This document shows, piece after piece, positions 39,978 through 50,241 of a stretch of 64,000 nt of DNA. This DNA comes from a virus. Lineage: Duplodnaviria > Caudoviricetes. The stretch's first letter is position 1. Each line of letters opens with the position of its first letter. The translations under genes and the position numbers were made by a program. Under the pieces are notes generated by a model. It ran no database searches and was not told where the DNA came from. It was given only the letters and a program-made list of their open reading frames with translations. The stretch is from IMG/VR virus record IMGVR_UViG_3300028914_000066, positions 1 to 64,000 of that record; one strand, given 5' to 3'.

Positions 39978-40316
39978 ATGAATTGTTGTAATCAAGTTAT
40001 AGCAACTAATGCAGGTGGTATTCCGTATATTGTATCTACAAATACTGTTATTGGAACAGAAAATATTAATATTGCTTTAGGTTTTCGTAGAGTTCAACCA
40101 ATAGGATATATGTCAATTATTATATCTGATGTTATTCCTGCTGATGCAACTACTACTCTTCCTGTAACTCTTACTATGAATGATACTACTAGAGCTTTAA
40201 CATTGCCTAATGGTACTCCGGTAACTGCTGCAGAATTATTAAATGTAAGTAATATACTTATATTTAATGATAGAAGTAAAGGCTTATTAACATTAATGTC
40301 CCGTACAACTGCTTAA
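39978..40316 (+). CDS. hypothetical beta-rich protein
   Basis: 112 aa; AAGGAGGT upstream. Confidence 0.8.
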   Translation: MNCCNQVIATNAGGIPYIVSTNTVIGTENINIALGFRRVQPIGYMSIIISDVIPADATTTLPVTLTMNDTTRALTLPNGTPVTAAELLNVSNILIFNDRSKGLLTLMSRTTA

Positions 40317-40342
40317 TATAATAATTTAAAAAGTTAATAACT

Positions 40343-40843
40343 ATGTTTTCAAATTTAACGCAAGGAAGTATTCTTTATGGATATGATGCTAAAGAAACTT
40401 TTAAATATTTTACAGCTCCTATTGTTAGTGTAAGTCTACCTAGACTTAAAAATAAACCTAATGGTTTCTATCCACTTACAGAAATGGTTGTGGATATAGT
40501 TGCAACAGTTAATGGTGAAAGACGTGAGTTCCAACAAGTGCCCAGCAACACAAGTATTGCTGATTTTGGAGAAAACTCTTTTGTTATTGCTGATAGTAAA
40601 GAAGCTCTTAATGCTTTTATAGATTCTCAACTCATGAATGTTGATAACAGACTTAATAATATTGAGAAAGATAAACATTTAAAAGTTGAATATGAATCTT
40701 TACAAAAACAAATTAATCCTAATTTACGGCAATCAGTAAATGATGATGAAGTTAAAGAATTAAGAGATAAAGTTAATTCAATGGAAGGTTCACTAAAAGA
40801 AATACTTTCCTTGCTTAAACCTGGAAATGATAAAAAAGAATAA
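40343..40843 (+). CDS. hypothetical protein with C-terminal coiled coil
   Basis: 166 aa. Confidence 0.8.
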   Translation: MFSNLTQGSILYGYDAKETFKYFTAPIVSVSLPRLKNKPNGFYPLTEMVVDIVATVNGERREFQQVPSNTSIADFGENSFVIADSKEALNAFIDSQLMNVDNRLNNIEKDKHLKVEYESLQKQINPNLRQSVNDDEVKELRDKVNSMEGSLKEILSLLKPGNDKKE

Positions 40844-40849
40844 TAAATT

Positions 40850-41065
40850 ATGATGGTAGTTAAATTTCGTTCTTCTGAAAGTAAAGATACTTTAAAGAAG
40901 TTAAAGAAAATGCATAAATTTACTAAAGAACTTATTGAGTGCTTTGAAGATAAAATGCATGACGAAGATGATGATGATTATGATGAGGATTATCGTGAAG
41001 ATGAAGATTGGCGTGATGAAGATCCTCGTATGAGTAAGCGTTATCGTAGAGGTGGTATGCGTTAA
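40850..41065 (+). CDS. small charged protein
   Basis: Acidic tract followed by Arg/Gly tail. Confidence 0.75.
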   Translation: MMVVKFRSSESKDTLKKLKKMHKFTKELIECFEDKMHDEDDDDYDEDYREDEDWRDEDPRMSKRYRRGGMR

Positions 41066-41075
41066 ATTACTAATC

Positions 41076-41113
41076 AAGAGCAACGATTTCTAATACTTGA
41101 TTTCGTTGCTCTT
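41076..41113 (+). terminator. hairpin
   Basis: AAGAGCAACGA...TCGTTGCTCTT. Confidence 0.55.
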
Positions 41114-41128
41114 ATAATTTAAAAAGCT

Positions 41129-41551
41129 ATGAAACGAAGAGAAAATTTTACAGCTTATGAAGTATTACCTGATGATTTATATATTTATATGAGTCATTAT
41201 GGACCTCATTTTACTAAAGAACTTTGTGATTATGCAGTAAGTTTAATGTATGCTGATGATGAAAATGGAAATAAGAAAAATATAACTCCTTATACTAAGG
41301 AACAAGTTGAAAATCTTCTTAAATCTTATAATATAAAAGTTAAGTATGCAAAACTTTATGATTGTGTATATGTAGCTAATATGTGTAAATTTGATTATTT
41401 AGGAAGTGCTATTCCTAATGAACAATATTTAGCTAAATATATTAAAGATACATTAGATGATTCTGATGGTGCAGAAGGTCTTATGTTTAATAGATGGATT
41501 GCAGATATGAAATGGTTAGGAGAACCTATTGATTGGTCTGAATTTATATGA
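41129..41551 (+). CDS. conserved hypothetical protein
   Basis: YGPHFTKELC, YDCVYVANM..D, D.DG..G..FNRW.AD. Confidence 0.8.
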   Translation: MKRRENFTAYEVLPDDLYIYMSHYGPHFTKELCDYAVSLMYADDENGNKKNITPYTKEQVENLLKSYNIKVKYAKLYDCVYVANMCKFDYLGSAIPNEQYLAKYIKDTLDDSDGAEGLMFNRWIADMKWLGEPIDWSEFI

Positions 41552-41934
41552 TTAAACAAGTATTTAATGTAGAACATTATTGGAAGGTTATAATTTACTA
41601 TAATGTAGATTATAGCCTTTTCAATATTATAGCTAATACTTTGAAAGAAATACAATGTCCTAATTATATCATAAATGATATATATTATCAAATGAAAACA
41701 CAAAGAGCAAAAGCTGTAACAATAAGTAATTGTAAATATAAAACTAGTATTTTGCTTTTTAATAAACATTCTGATTATTATGATTATATTAATTCAGCAG
41801 TACATGAGGCTGAACATATAAAACAAGCTCTTTTAAAATGTTATAAAGTTAATGATGAAGGAGAAGCACCAGCATATACTATAGGGTTCTTAGCATCAAA
41901 GATGATAAAGAAAATGATCAATGTAATTTTATAG
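41548..41934 (+). CDS. putative zincin-like metallopeptidase
   Basis: HEAEH (HExxH) and downstream EAPAY. Confidence 0.65.
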   Translation: MIKQVFNVEHYWKVIIYYNVDYSLFNIIANTLKEIQCPNYIINDIYYQMKTQRAKAVTISNCKYKTSILLFNKHSDYYDYINSAVHEAEHIKQALLKCYKVNDEGEAPAYTIGFLASKMIKKMINVIL

Positions 41935-42364
41935 CTGTCTATATCTAAATGTTTTATAATAATTTAATTTTGGCTCTAAACGCATTAATTTTCAGGTAGT
42001 TAGATACTTAATTTAAGTTTAAATATGCCGTCAAAGCATATCCCAGCAGGGTTATGGGCTTGTTTTTCTTATTTATATATTATATATTTGCAATACATAT
42101 TATATATAATAATATTATATAATATATAATTAATAATAATATACATAATATAAATATAAGCACCCCTGTAAGAAAAGAATATACTATTCTGGGATATGGT
42201 TAAACAGATTTTCTTTCATACGCACTTATTCATATTGTGTAATTTATCTTAATAATTAGGTTAGTGATTTTGGTTAATAAACATAAAGTAGTTAGAGATA
42301 ATAACTTTAATGTTGTTCTTCTTTTACGGGGGTGCTTTAATTAAGATAATTATTCATATTTTTA

Positions 42365-43047
42365 TGGCTAGTATAAATCAACTTGTATCTGAATTTGCTC
42401 ACAGTGTTGGTATGCCCAACAATAAAGCACTTCGTGAAAATCTTAAACTATTGATTGTACAAACTCGTAATGAGGTTGTTAGACGTAGTTATGAGAATCA
42501 TGGTTATGTTGATAAAATATTAACTCAAAGATTTGAAGTTTCATTAACAAATGTTAATGATGGAGATATTCAAATTCCTGAAGGAATTGAAATAGATATT
42601 GCTAAAATAAAGAGAACTACACAAAAAGTTCCTAGACCTATAAGATTAACAAATAATCTTCCGTTTGATAGAGTAAGCTCTGTTGGTTTTGCAACTAGCA
42701 GAGTTTTTCCTTATATCAAGGAAACAAGTGCTAGATTTAGAAATGCAGTTCCAGGTCTTAGTGGAATGATTTGTTATGATTATATTAATGAATATATTTA
42801 TTTATTTCCTACTAATTGTAATAGTATAAAGTTAGATAAAATTGTAATTGAGTCTGCTTTTGAACATCCAAATGAAATTGCTATAATGCAAGGTGATGAC
42901 GAAATGACTATTGCTATGGATAATAATGAATGGTTATTATCTGAAGATATGATTGGACAAATAAAAGAATTAATATATAAGAGAGATTTACTTTCAACAA
43001 TTAGGCAGACTAATGAAATTCCTAATGAAGTAAAATTTAATAATTAA
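42365..43047 (+). CDS. tail ring/tube structural protein
   Basis: MASINQL start; YDYINEYIY, IESAFEHP; synteny. Confidence 0.65.
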
Positions 43048-43053
43048 TAAGTT

Positions 43054-44004
43054 ATGGCTATTAAAGAAATACCTACAAAGCTGTCAGAATATAAAACTGC
43101 TTGTATGCGAGCATATTCTGCAAAAAAGGAGAAATTTGTAGATAGTCTAAAAGACAAAGAAGAAGAATCTATAAAGCTTCACAATAAATGTGTTGAGTAT
43201 GTAGATCAAATTAAAAAAGAATATAATGTAGATTTAAATTCTTATGAAGAATTTGTTGATAATAAATATACAACAGGTAAATTTGTAAGAACTGCAAAAG
43301 GAATGTATCTTAAAGGTGGTGGTGAATTTGAAGTTATTGCTGAACTTTATGAAATATATAAATATTCGCTTTTGCAAGAAGAAATACATGATATTCAAAG
43401 ACAAATAGAACTTTGTGATAAAGTTCTTAATTTGACTCTTAAACAATATACTGAATTTATGGAAACTTATTTCCTTAAAGTTCACGAAAAACTTGTATTA
43501 GATGGATATGGTTATGTATTTGGTCATAATATAGGTTGTGTATGTGTTAATAGAGTAAAACAATATTCTAGAAAGAAACTTATAGATTATAAGAAAACAA
43601 AAGAAAGAAAAGAGCAGCTTTTAGCTGAAGGTAAAAAACTTTATAATAAAGAAGAAGAAGCTCAATATCATAGAATGGGTATGGAGTATGATGGAGTTGA
43701 TTATAGAGTTTATAAAGAAAATGAATATAATTACGAAGTTTGCTTATTTGATTGTCATTTTGAAAATGCTGGTAATTTTGAATTTGTAGCTAATGATTGG
43801 AGAAATAGAGATCTTAGAGGAAAAACAAATGATGATTTAATAAGAGAATGTAATTATAAAGTAGAAGAGATTGCAAAACTTAAAGTTGATGTTAAAACAA
43901 AAGCAACTCTTTGTACTCAGGTTGATGATATTTTTTATACTAAATTTATAAGAAATGAAGATCAAAAATCATATAGGTTTGGAAAGGCTGATAGGAAAAA
44001 TTGA
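43054..44004 (+). CDS. conserved crAss protein with possible IHF-like domain
   Basis: LVLDGYGYVFGHNIGCVCV...IDYKKT; synteny before tail tube. Confidence 0.55.
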   Translation: MAIKEIPTKLSEYKTACMRAYSAKKEKFVDSLKDKEEESIKLHNKCVEYVDQIKKEYNVDLNSYEEFVDNKYTTGKFVRTAKGMYLKGGGEFEVIAELYEIYKYSLLQEEIHDIQRQIELCDKVLNLTLKQYTEFMETYFLKVHEKLVLDGYGYVFGHNIGCVCVNRVKQYSRKKLIDYKKTKERKEQLLAEGKKLYNKEEEAQYHRMGMEYDGVDYRVYKENEYNYEVCLFDCHFENAGNFEFVANDWRNRDLRGKTNDDLIRECNYKVEEIAKLKVDVKTKATLCTQVDDIFYTKFIRNEDQKSYRFGKADRKN

Positions 44005-44617
44005 TAATGATTTTAATATTAGTGAAAGTGATTGGATACCTAGAGTAGCAGCATGGACTATTGATGCTCTATCTCAAATGAAAGTTCTACCTATGGAAAA
44101 GAAGGTTAGAACTTTAGCTGTTTCTGAGAGAGTTGCAAAATTTCCTTGTGCATTAAATGCAAAAGAATTAAAGGTATTTTATAATCACACTGAAGTTCCT
44201 GTTTATGATAGAAATAAAGTATATGGTTGTACTGAAGGTCAAGATTTAAAAGGATATTATTTTGTATTAGATAAAAATGATAATATAATTTTAGGCTTTG
44301 ATGCTGATGAAATTGAAGTAGAAAGTTATGAAGTAGCTACTTATTATGACGAATATTATCAGTGTGATTGTCCTTATATTTATGAAGATGGTAATCTTCT
44401 TGAAGCTCTTGCTTGGTATTGTATGTTTAAATATCTTAGTAGAGGTTCTAAACATCCTGTATATAGTTTAACATCTCCTAATCCAGCACTTAATCCTTAT
44501 TTTCAGTGGAAAGGAATTAAATCTAAAGCAGCTGCTTCTGTTAAAAACAGTATTGCTAAAGATAATGGTGGTTGGAATAACTTTTTCTATAATGCTACAT
44601 TTTTACCTAGAAGTTAA
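43955..44617 (+). CDS. tail tubular protein (P22 gp4-like position)
   Basis: 220 aa, LLEALAWY; directly upstream of stabiliser. Confidence 0.65.
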   Translation: MKIKNHIGLERLIGKIDNDFNISESDWIPRVAAWTIDALSQMKVLPMEKKVRTLAVSERVAKFPCALNAKELKVFYNHTEVPVYDRNKVYGCTEGQDLKGYYFVLDKNDNIILGFDADEIEVESYEVATYYDEYYQCDCPYIYEDGNLLEALAWYCMFKYLSRGSKHPVYSLTSPNPALNPYFQWKGIKSKAAASVKNSIAKDNGGWNNFFYNATFLPRS

Positions 44618-44620
44618 GTT

Positions 44621-47600
44621 ATGGATATTATAAAAAGACTACAATTAAATAAAAATCCTAAGGATATTAAAAGTGGAAGTATAATAGGAGCTAAGAATAT
44701 AATGCTAGATCCTATTAGTTCTTCTATTACTAATGAATATGGATTTACTTCAGCGTTTGATGCTAAAGAAATAATTGGAGAAGGATATAAAATTGTTGGA
44801 GTTATTCCTTGTAATGAAGAAATTATTATATTTTTATATAATAATAATAGCCTTGAATCTAAAATTTATAGATTAAATGAAGTTAATAATGCATTAAGTA
44901 AAAAAGTAGAATCTAATTGGAAATGGGAAGGTGGTGAAGTATTTGGAACATTTGCATACAATTATAAAAATGAACTTATAATAGCTATTTCAGAGAAAAA
45001 TGCAAATAAAGATGTTCCATTAAAAATAATGAATCTTGATACTTGTAAATCTACTGATAAAATTACATATAATTTAGAAGAAGAAATACCTAAATTTGAT
45101 ATAAATTATATTGTAGAACAAAAAGGTTCATTAGTTTGTGGAGTATATACATTTTTTATAAGATTTATAATAAGTAAAGATACTTATACTAAATGGTTTC
45201 AATTAACAGATGATATTATTATATTAGATTCTGTAATAAAAGAAAGACCTAAACATAAATATGATGAAGGTTATTTGGAAATATCTGGTACTAAAAATAT
45301 ACTTATAAATACAAATTTAATTTCAAATAGGTCTATATTATTAAATTTAAATATAGAAAAAGATAAATTTGAAAAATATCAGATAGGATATGTTATTAAA
45401 CATGATTCTGATGTAAAAGGAAGAATATTAAATAACTATGATATTAATATCAAAAATATAAATGTTTCTAATAATGATTTTTTAGAAGAAATAAATATAG
45501 ATAATTTTTTAGAAGATCCTAATCAATTTTATAATGTAAAAAATTTATTAAATTATAATAATAGATTATATTTATCTAATTATTCTTTTAATAAAAATGA
45601 TTATAGGAAGAATCAAGAAATAGCAAGTAAAGTAACAGCTTTTTTAAAAACTATAGATGTTCCTGTAAATTTAGATGATAAATACGAATATCAAGTATAT
45701 TCATATTATGGAAATGATAATACAGCAGATCTTGAATATGTATGTAATTTAGATAATGGTCTTATATCAAATTTAAATACAGAAGAAAGTCAAAAATTTT
45801 TACAAAAAATAGGATTATATAATAAAGCATATGATTTTATACATAATGCTATAGATTATTTAAATGTACAAAGTTGGAAAAATTCTATAACTCCCATAGC
45901 ACCAGAAGATAATTATAATTTATCTAGTAATCCTATACAAGGAGTTTCAGGAGATGCTGAATTTTGGATAATACCTGAAGATAATGATGTTAGTAATTTA
46001 AAGAAATCTATAAGATTAGCTCATTGTATAAATATAGTTTATGATCAAAATCAACATTCTAATACTAATTATAATGTAATATTTGATGATCATATAAAAG
46101 TAATAACAAATGGAAATAATGATATTATATTAAAACAAGGAAATATTACTGTAAATTTAAAAAAAGCATATTTTGGTGTTTTACTTTGGACTATAAATGG
46201 AAATAGTGAATTTTCTGATATTGTTAGTGATTATGGAGTAAGCACTCCACAATGGCGATTTACTGAAGATAATCATACTAAATTTTTTCTTAAATTTGAA
46301 CAACGAGAAATATTATTTGACTATTCTAATATAGGACTTCATTACAATAATAATAGAACTTTAATACCAGGACAAGTATATAATTTTTATATTCATTTTG
46401 TTAGAAAAGATATGTCTGTAACTGAAGGTTATAGAATATCTCCTAAAAATGAACCTATAATAGATGAAAATACTAAAATAGCTTATTTATATGGAGATGA
46501 ACCTTTAAATTTCTTTTATAGAATACTAATAAATGGAACATATTATTTTTATTGTCCTGGTATTTGGACTCAATATAATAATAAATTAATAGTTCCTGAA
46601 TTTAGATTAAATATAAAAGAATTAAATAATACTGAATTTATAGGATTTTTTATAAGTTATGAAAATGTAAATATAGTGTCTATTCCTGTAGTAGGTGTAG
46701 ATGAAAGAAAAGAACAAAGTGAAAGTAAAATTATTTATAAATATTTTACAGTTACTGATTATTTATATAATATAAGAGAATTAACAGGAAATAATATTTT
46801 AGAAACAATATGTATAGATCCTACTGGAACTCATGTACCTAGTATATATCCTATTTTAAACAAATGTACATATGTAGAACCTTATAAAGAAAAACATATA
46901 AAACTTGTTTCTGATATTAATGATTTTCAAAAAGGAAATTCTGATAAAATATCAAGAAAATATACATTATGTATAGATAATAAAAATATATATCAAAATA
47001 ATTATAAAACTTTATATCAACTAACTAATATTGTTTTTATACAAGAAAATAAATCTATATTAAAAACTGATTATAATACAGCTTATTGTTTTTTACCTGG
47101 ATTTTTTAATTATGAAAAAGTATTTGTTTATAATGGAGAATATATATTATCTCCTGTAACAAATCATAATTATGATAAAGAAGGTAATAAGATAGGTAAA
47201 TATGTAATAACACAATTTCTTTATAATAATTATTCTAATACTCCTATAAATGCTATGTCATTAAAACAAGATTATGATAAAGGTAGTCTTGTTTTAGTTG
47301 ATGAACATGGAGATGTTAAAGAAACAGTATTTAATAGTGTTCTTGAACCTAATAAATTATCTGATTTTCTTGAATTAAAATCAGCTTATACTTCTAAACC
47401 TATAAAATCTTATACTAATTATAATGAAGATAGTCAAAATACTTTTGATAAAACAATATATAGAAGTGATGTAATTTCTGATGAAAGTTTAAATAATGGA
47501 TTTAGACATTTTAGTATAGAAAATTACAAAAATATTCTTGAAAATAAAGGTAATATTGTAAATATTGTAGGTTATGGACTTTATTTATTAGTTCATACAG

Positions 47601-48736
47601 AATATTCTTTATTTGTTTTTGATAGAAGTAATCAACTTTCTGAAAATGCACAATTACAAATACCTGATGTATTTGATATTGATTATAGAGAATTAACTCC
47701 TAGCGGAGAAGGTTTTGGTGGACTTAAAAATAAAGAAGAATCTATTCTTACAAAACATGGATATATTTGGTTTGATAGAATAAGTAAATCTATATTTGTT
47801 TTTAATGGAGAAATAAAACCTATATCTGGTGATATTCATAAACTTATAAAACAGTTTATGGATAATAATAATTATTCTTATATAAGATTTGCTGAAGATT
47901 ATATAAGTAATAGATTATTAATAACTTTAAGAAGTGATTACAATGTATCTACTTATATAACATTAAGTTATAGTTTTGATACTAATACTTTTATAAGTTT
48001 ACACGACTATACATTTGATAATAATTATAAAACTTATAATAATAGTTATTTATTCTCAAAAGAACATAATACTGAATTATTTATTTGGAATAATAAAACA
48101 TTAGATACTGATAGTTTTAAAACAAATAAATATCCTTTGTTTGATACAATCAAATATGATGATAAAATATGTTCTTATGTAGATATAATATTTAATGATT
48201 TATATGAAGTTCCTAAAACATTAAATTCTATATCTTATATACTAAGTAGAAATAATTATTATGGTTATAGTACAAATATAATTGATCAATATTTTAATAC
48301 AGATTTTGATAATCAAAAACATCAAAATGAATTAAGATTATATAGTGGATTTAAACTTTTTATATGTACTGATTTAACTTTTAGTGGTGAATTAGATATA
48401 TCTAAACCTTTATATAATGAACCTAAAACTGGAGGTGTTAAAGATTTAAAAATTGATAAACCTCGTTGGAATAATGGTGTATGGAATTTTAATTGGTTTA
48501 GAGAAAATATAAATAAAGATGTAACAAATGATGAACTTCAACAACAAGATGTTAATAATCAAATGAAAGAAGTTTATCAAGAACATGGTAATTTATATCC
48601 TTCAGGACTTGAAAAATCAGATATGAGAAGTTTAATAAATGGTAAATATTTTATTCTTAGATTTGTATTTGAAAGAAATGAAGCAGATCTTAATCTTAAA
48701 TTTGAAACATTGGATGTAAATATTAGTAAATTATGA
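44621..48736 (+). CDS. tail stabilisation / muzzle protein
   Basis: 1371 aa beta-rich; G.Y.FFIRF, NNRLYL, KGNIVNI, FISLHDY, GKYFILRF. Confidence 0.8.
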   Translation: MDIIKRLQLNKNPKDIKSGSIIGAKNIMLDPISSSITNEYGFTSAFDAKEIIGEGYKIVGVIPCNEEIIIFLYNNNSLESKIYRLNEVNNALSKKVESNWKWEGGEVFGTFAYNYKNELIIAISEKNANKDVPLKIMNLDTCKSTDKITYNLEEEIPKFDINYIVEQKGSLVCGVYTFFIRFIISKDTYTKWFQLTDDIIILDSVIKERPKHKYDEGYLEISGTKNILINTNLISNRSILLNLNIEKDKFEKYQIGYVIKHDSDVKGRILNNYDINIKNINVSNNDFLEEINIDNFLEDPNQFYNVKNLLNYNNRLYLSNYSFNKNDYRKNQEIASKVTAFLKTIDVPVNLDDKYEYQVYSYYGNDNTADLEYVCNLDNGLISNLNTEESQKFLQKIGLYNKAYDFIHNAIDYLNVQSWKNSITPIAPEDNYNLSSNPIQGVSGDAEFWIIPEDNDVSNLKKSIRLAHCINIVYDQNQHSNTNYNVIFDDHIKVITNGNNDIILKQGNITVNLKKAYFGVLLWTINGNSEFSDIVSDYGVSTPQWRFTEDNHTKFFLKFEQREILFDYSNIGLHYNNNRTLIPGQVYNFYIHFVRKDMSVTEGYRISPKNEPIIDENTKIAYLYGDEPLNFFYRILINGTYYFYCPGIWTQYNNKLIVPEFRLNIKELNNTEFIGFFISYENVNIVSIPVVGVDERKEQSESKIIYKYFTVTDYLYNIRELTGNNILETICIDPTGTHVPSIYPILNKCTYVEPYKEKHIKLVSDINDFQKGNSDKISRKYTLCIDNKNIYQNNYKTLYQLTNIVFIQENKSILKTDYNTAYCFLPGFFNYEKVFVYNGEYILSPVTNHNYDKEGNKIGKYVITQFLYNNYSNTPINAMSLKQDYDKGSLVLVDEHGDVKETVFNSVLEPNKLSDFLELKSAYTSKPIKSYTNYNEDSQNTFDKTIYRSDVISDESLNNGFRHFSIENYKNILENKGNIVNIVGYGLYLLVHTEYSLFVFDRSNQLSENAQLQIPDVFDIDYRELTPSGEGFGGLKNKEESILTKHGYIWFDRISKSIFVFNGEIKPISGDIHKLIKQFMDNNNYSYIRFAEDYISNRLLITLRSDYNVSTYITLSYSFDTNTFISLHDYTFDNNYKTYNNSYLFSKEHNTELFIWNNKTLDTDSFKTNKYPLFDTIKYDDKICSYVDIIFNDLYEVPKTLNSISYILSRNNYYGYSTNIIDQYFNTDFDNQKHQNELRLYSGFKLFICTDLTFSGELDISKPLYNEPKTGGVKDLKIDKPRWNNGVWNFNWFRENINKDVTNDELQQQDVNNQMKEVYQEHGNLYPSGLEKSDMRSLINGKYFILRFVFERNEADLNLKFETLDVNISKL

Positions 48737-50163
48737 GTAGATATAGTTTAAAACGTGGAGGTCAAAGACCTCAAGCTTGGATTGGAGCAGTTATTGGTTT
48801 AGCTAGTACAGCTGCTAGTTTATATAGTAATTGGAAAAATAGACAAGCTCAAGTTCAAATGAACAATGATAATATTGCAGCACAAAATGCTGAATTACAA
48901 AGACAAAATCAATTACTTATGGCTAATAATCAAGCAAATACTTTAAATAATTATTATGCTAATGAGGAATTGAGAAGAAGAAATTTAGGACAAGATTTAA
49001 TTTATGCTTGTGGTGGTAAAAAAAGTCTTAGAGCTGCTACAGGTGCTAAAGTTGAAATAACTGATGGACTTACAGGAATAGTTCCACTTGGTAACAATGC
49101 ATTCCTTTTAGAGGGGAGTTCTCATAATCAAGTAAACGAAAGTGGACAAACAGGTATAGGAATGAAAATAGGTAATAAAACTGTAGAACTTGAAGGTGGA
49201 GAACCTGTTCGTTTTACTGATGATAGTATGCAAGTATTTAGTAAAAGACTTAAATTAAAAGAATTAGGAGGACTTAGTCCTGCTAAAGCAATAGAATTAG
49301 GTTATAATCCTGATATAGTATTTCCTATACAACAAAAAGCTAATGGTAATAACAGCACCCCTGTAAAAGGAAATAGACATAAAGCAGGTTATGGAGATTG
49401 GATTAATTTTGGTAGTGATATAGCAACTGCTTTAGGTACAGCATTAATTAATAATAATGCATATAAGAAATTAAATGTAAATCTTCAAAAACCTAATTAT
49501 TATGAAGAAACACCTGTTATTTTAGATACTAAATATCATAATGCAGGACAACTTGCTAATTTAGAAAGAATGAGATTAGCAGGTAATACAACTATAGGTA
49601 GAAATAGTGCTAATTCTCAACTTGCTCAAGCTAGAATGAGATTGAATAATCTTGATTATGGTTTGAAACAAAACGAATTAATTGATTATGCTGCTAATTA
49701 TAATGCTAATATGAGAAATCAGCAAGCTCAATTAGAACAAGGTGTAAGACAAAGAAATATAGCAGCTAAAAATTTATGGTCAGCACAAGTAGCAGATACT
49801 ATTAATCGTGAAAGAGAATTAGGAAATAATCGTACTCTTATGAGAGGACAAAATTGGAGTAATATGTTAGCAGGATTTAATAGAGCTGGAACTAATTTAT
49901 ATACTGCAATTAATCAAAGAAAATCAGATACTGATGCTTTAAGAGCTTATATGGCTGCAAGTAATCCTGGAAGCGATGAAACTTTCTTACTTAATGGAGG
50001 AACTTTTGGACCTGAAGTTGATGCAGAATATTATAATAGATTTAGAAATGTTGCAAAGACAGAAGAACAAATAGCTTTAATGAATAAAATTAGAGGTAGA
50101 ATGACACCTTGGCAAAGACGTCATTATCTTGGAGAAGATAAAGAAACAAGTAAGATTGGATAA
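48733..50163 (+). CDS. virion cargo/ejection protein
   Basis: Hydrophobic AWIGAVIGLASTAA, GSSH...G...VELEGGE, Gln/Asn-rich helices. Confidence 0.7.
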   Translation: MSRYSLKRGGQRPQAWIGAVIGLASTAASLYSNWKNRQAQVQMNNDNIAAQNAELQRQNQLLMANNQANTLNNYYANEELRRRNLGQDLIYACGGKKSLRAATGAKVEITDGLTGIVPLGNNAFLLEGSSHNQVNESGQTGIGMKIGNKTVELEGGEPVRFTDDSMQVFSKRLKLKELGGLSPAKAIELGYNPDIVFPIQQKANGNNSTPVKGNRHKAGYGDWINFGSDIATALGTALINNNAYKKLNVNLQKPNYYEETPVILDTKYHNAGQLANLERMRLAGNTTIGRNSANSQLAQARMRLNNLDYGLKQNELIDYAANYNANMRNQQAQLEQGVRQRNIAAKNLWSAQVADTINRERELGNNRTLMRGQNWSNMLAGFNRAGTNLYTAINQRKSDTDALRAYMAASNPGSDETFLLNGGTFGPEVDAEYYNRFRNVAKTEEQIALMNKIRGRMTPWQRRHYLGEDKETSKIG

Positions 50164-50186
50164 TTAAGAATTTTTATAGGAATATA

Positions 50187-50217
50187 TTTGTGTATATTCC
50201 TATAATCGTTATATTTG
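50187..50217 (+). promoter_or_regulatory. Bacteroidota sigma-A consensus promoter overlapping an inverted repeat
   Basis: TTTG (50187-50190), 19 nt, TATATTTG (50210-50217). Confidence 0.7.
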
Positions 50218-50241
50218 CACTTAAATAAATAGACAATAAAT

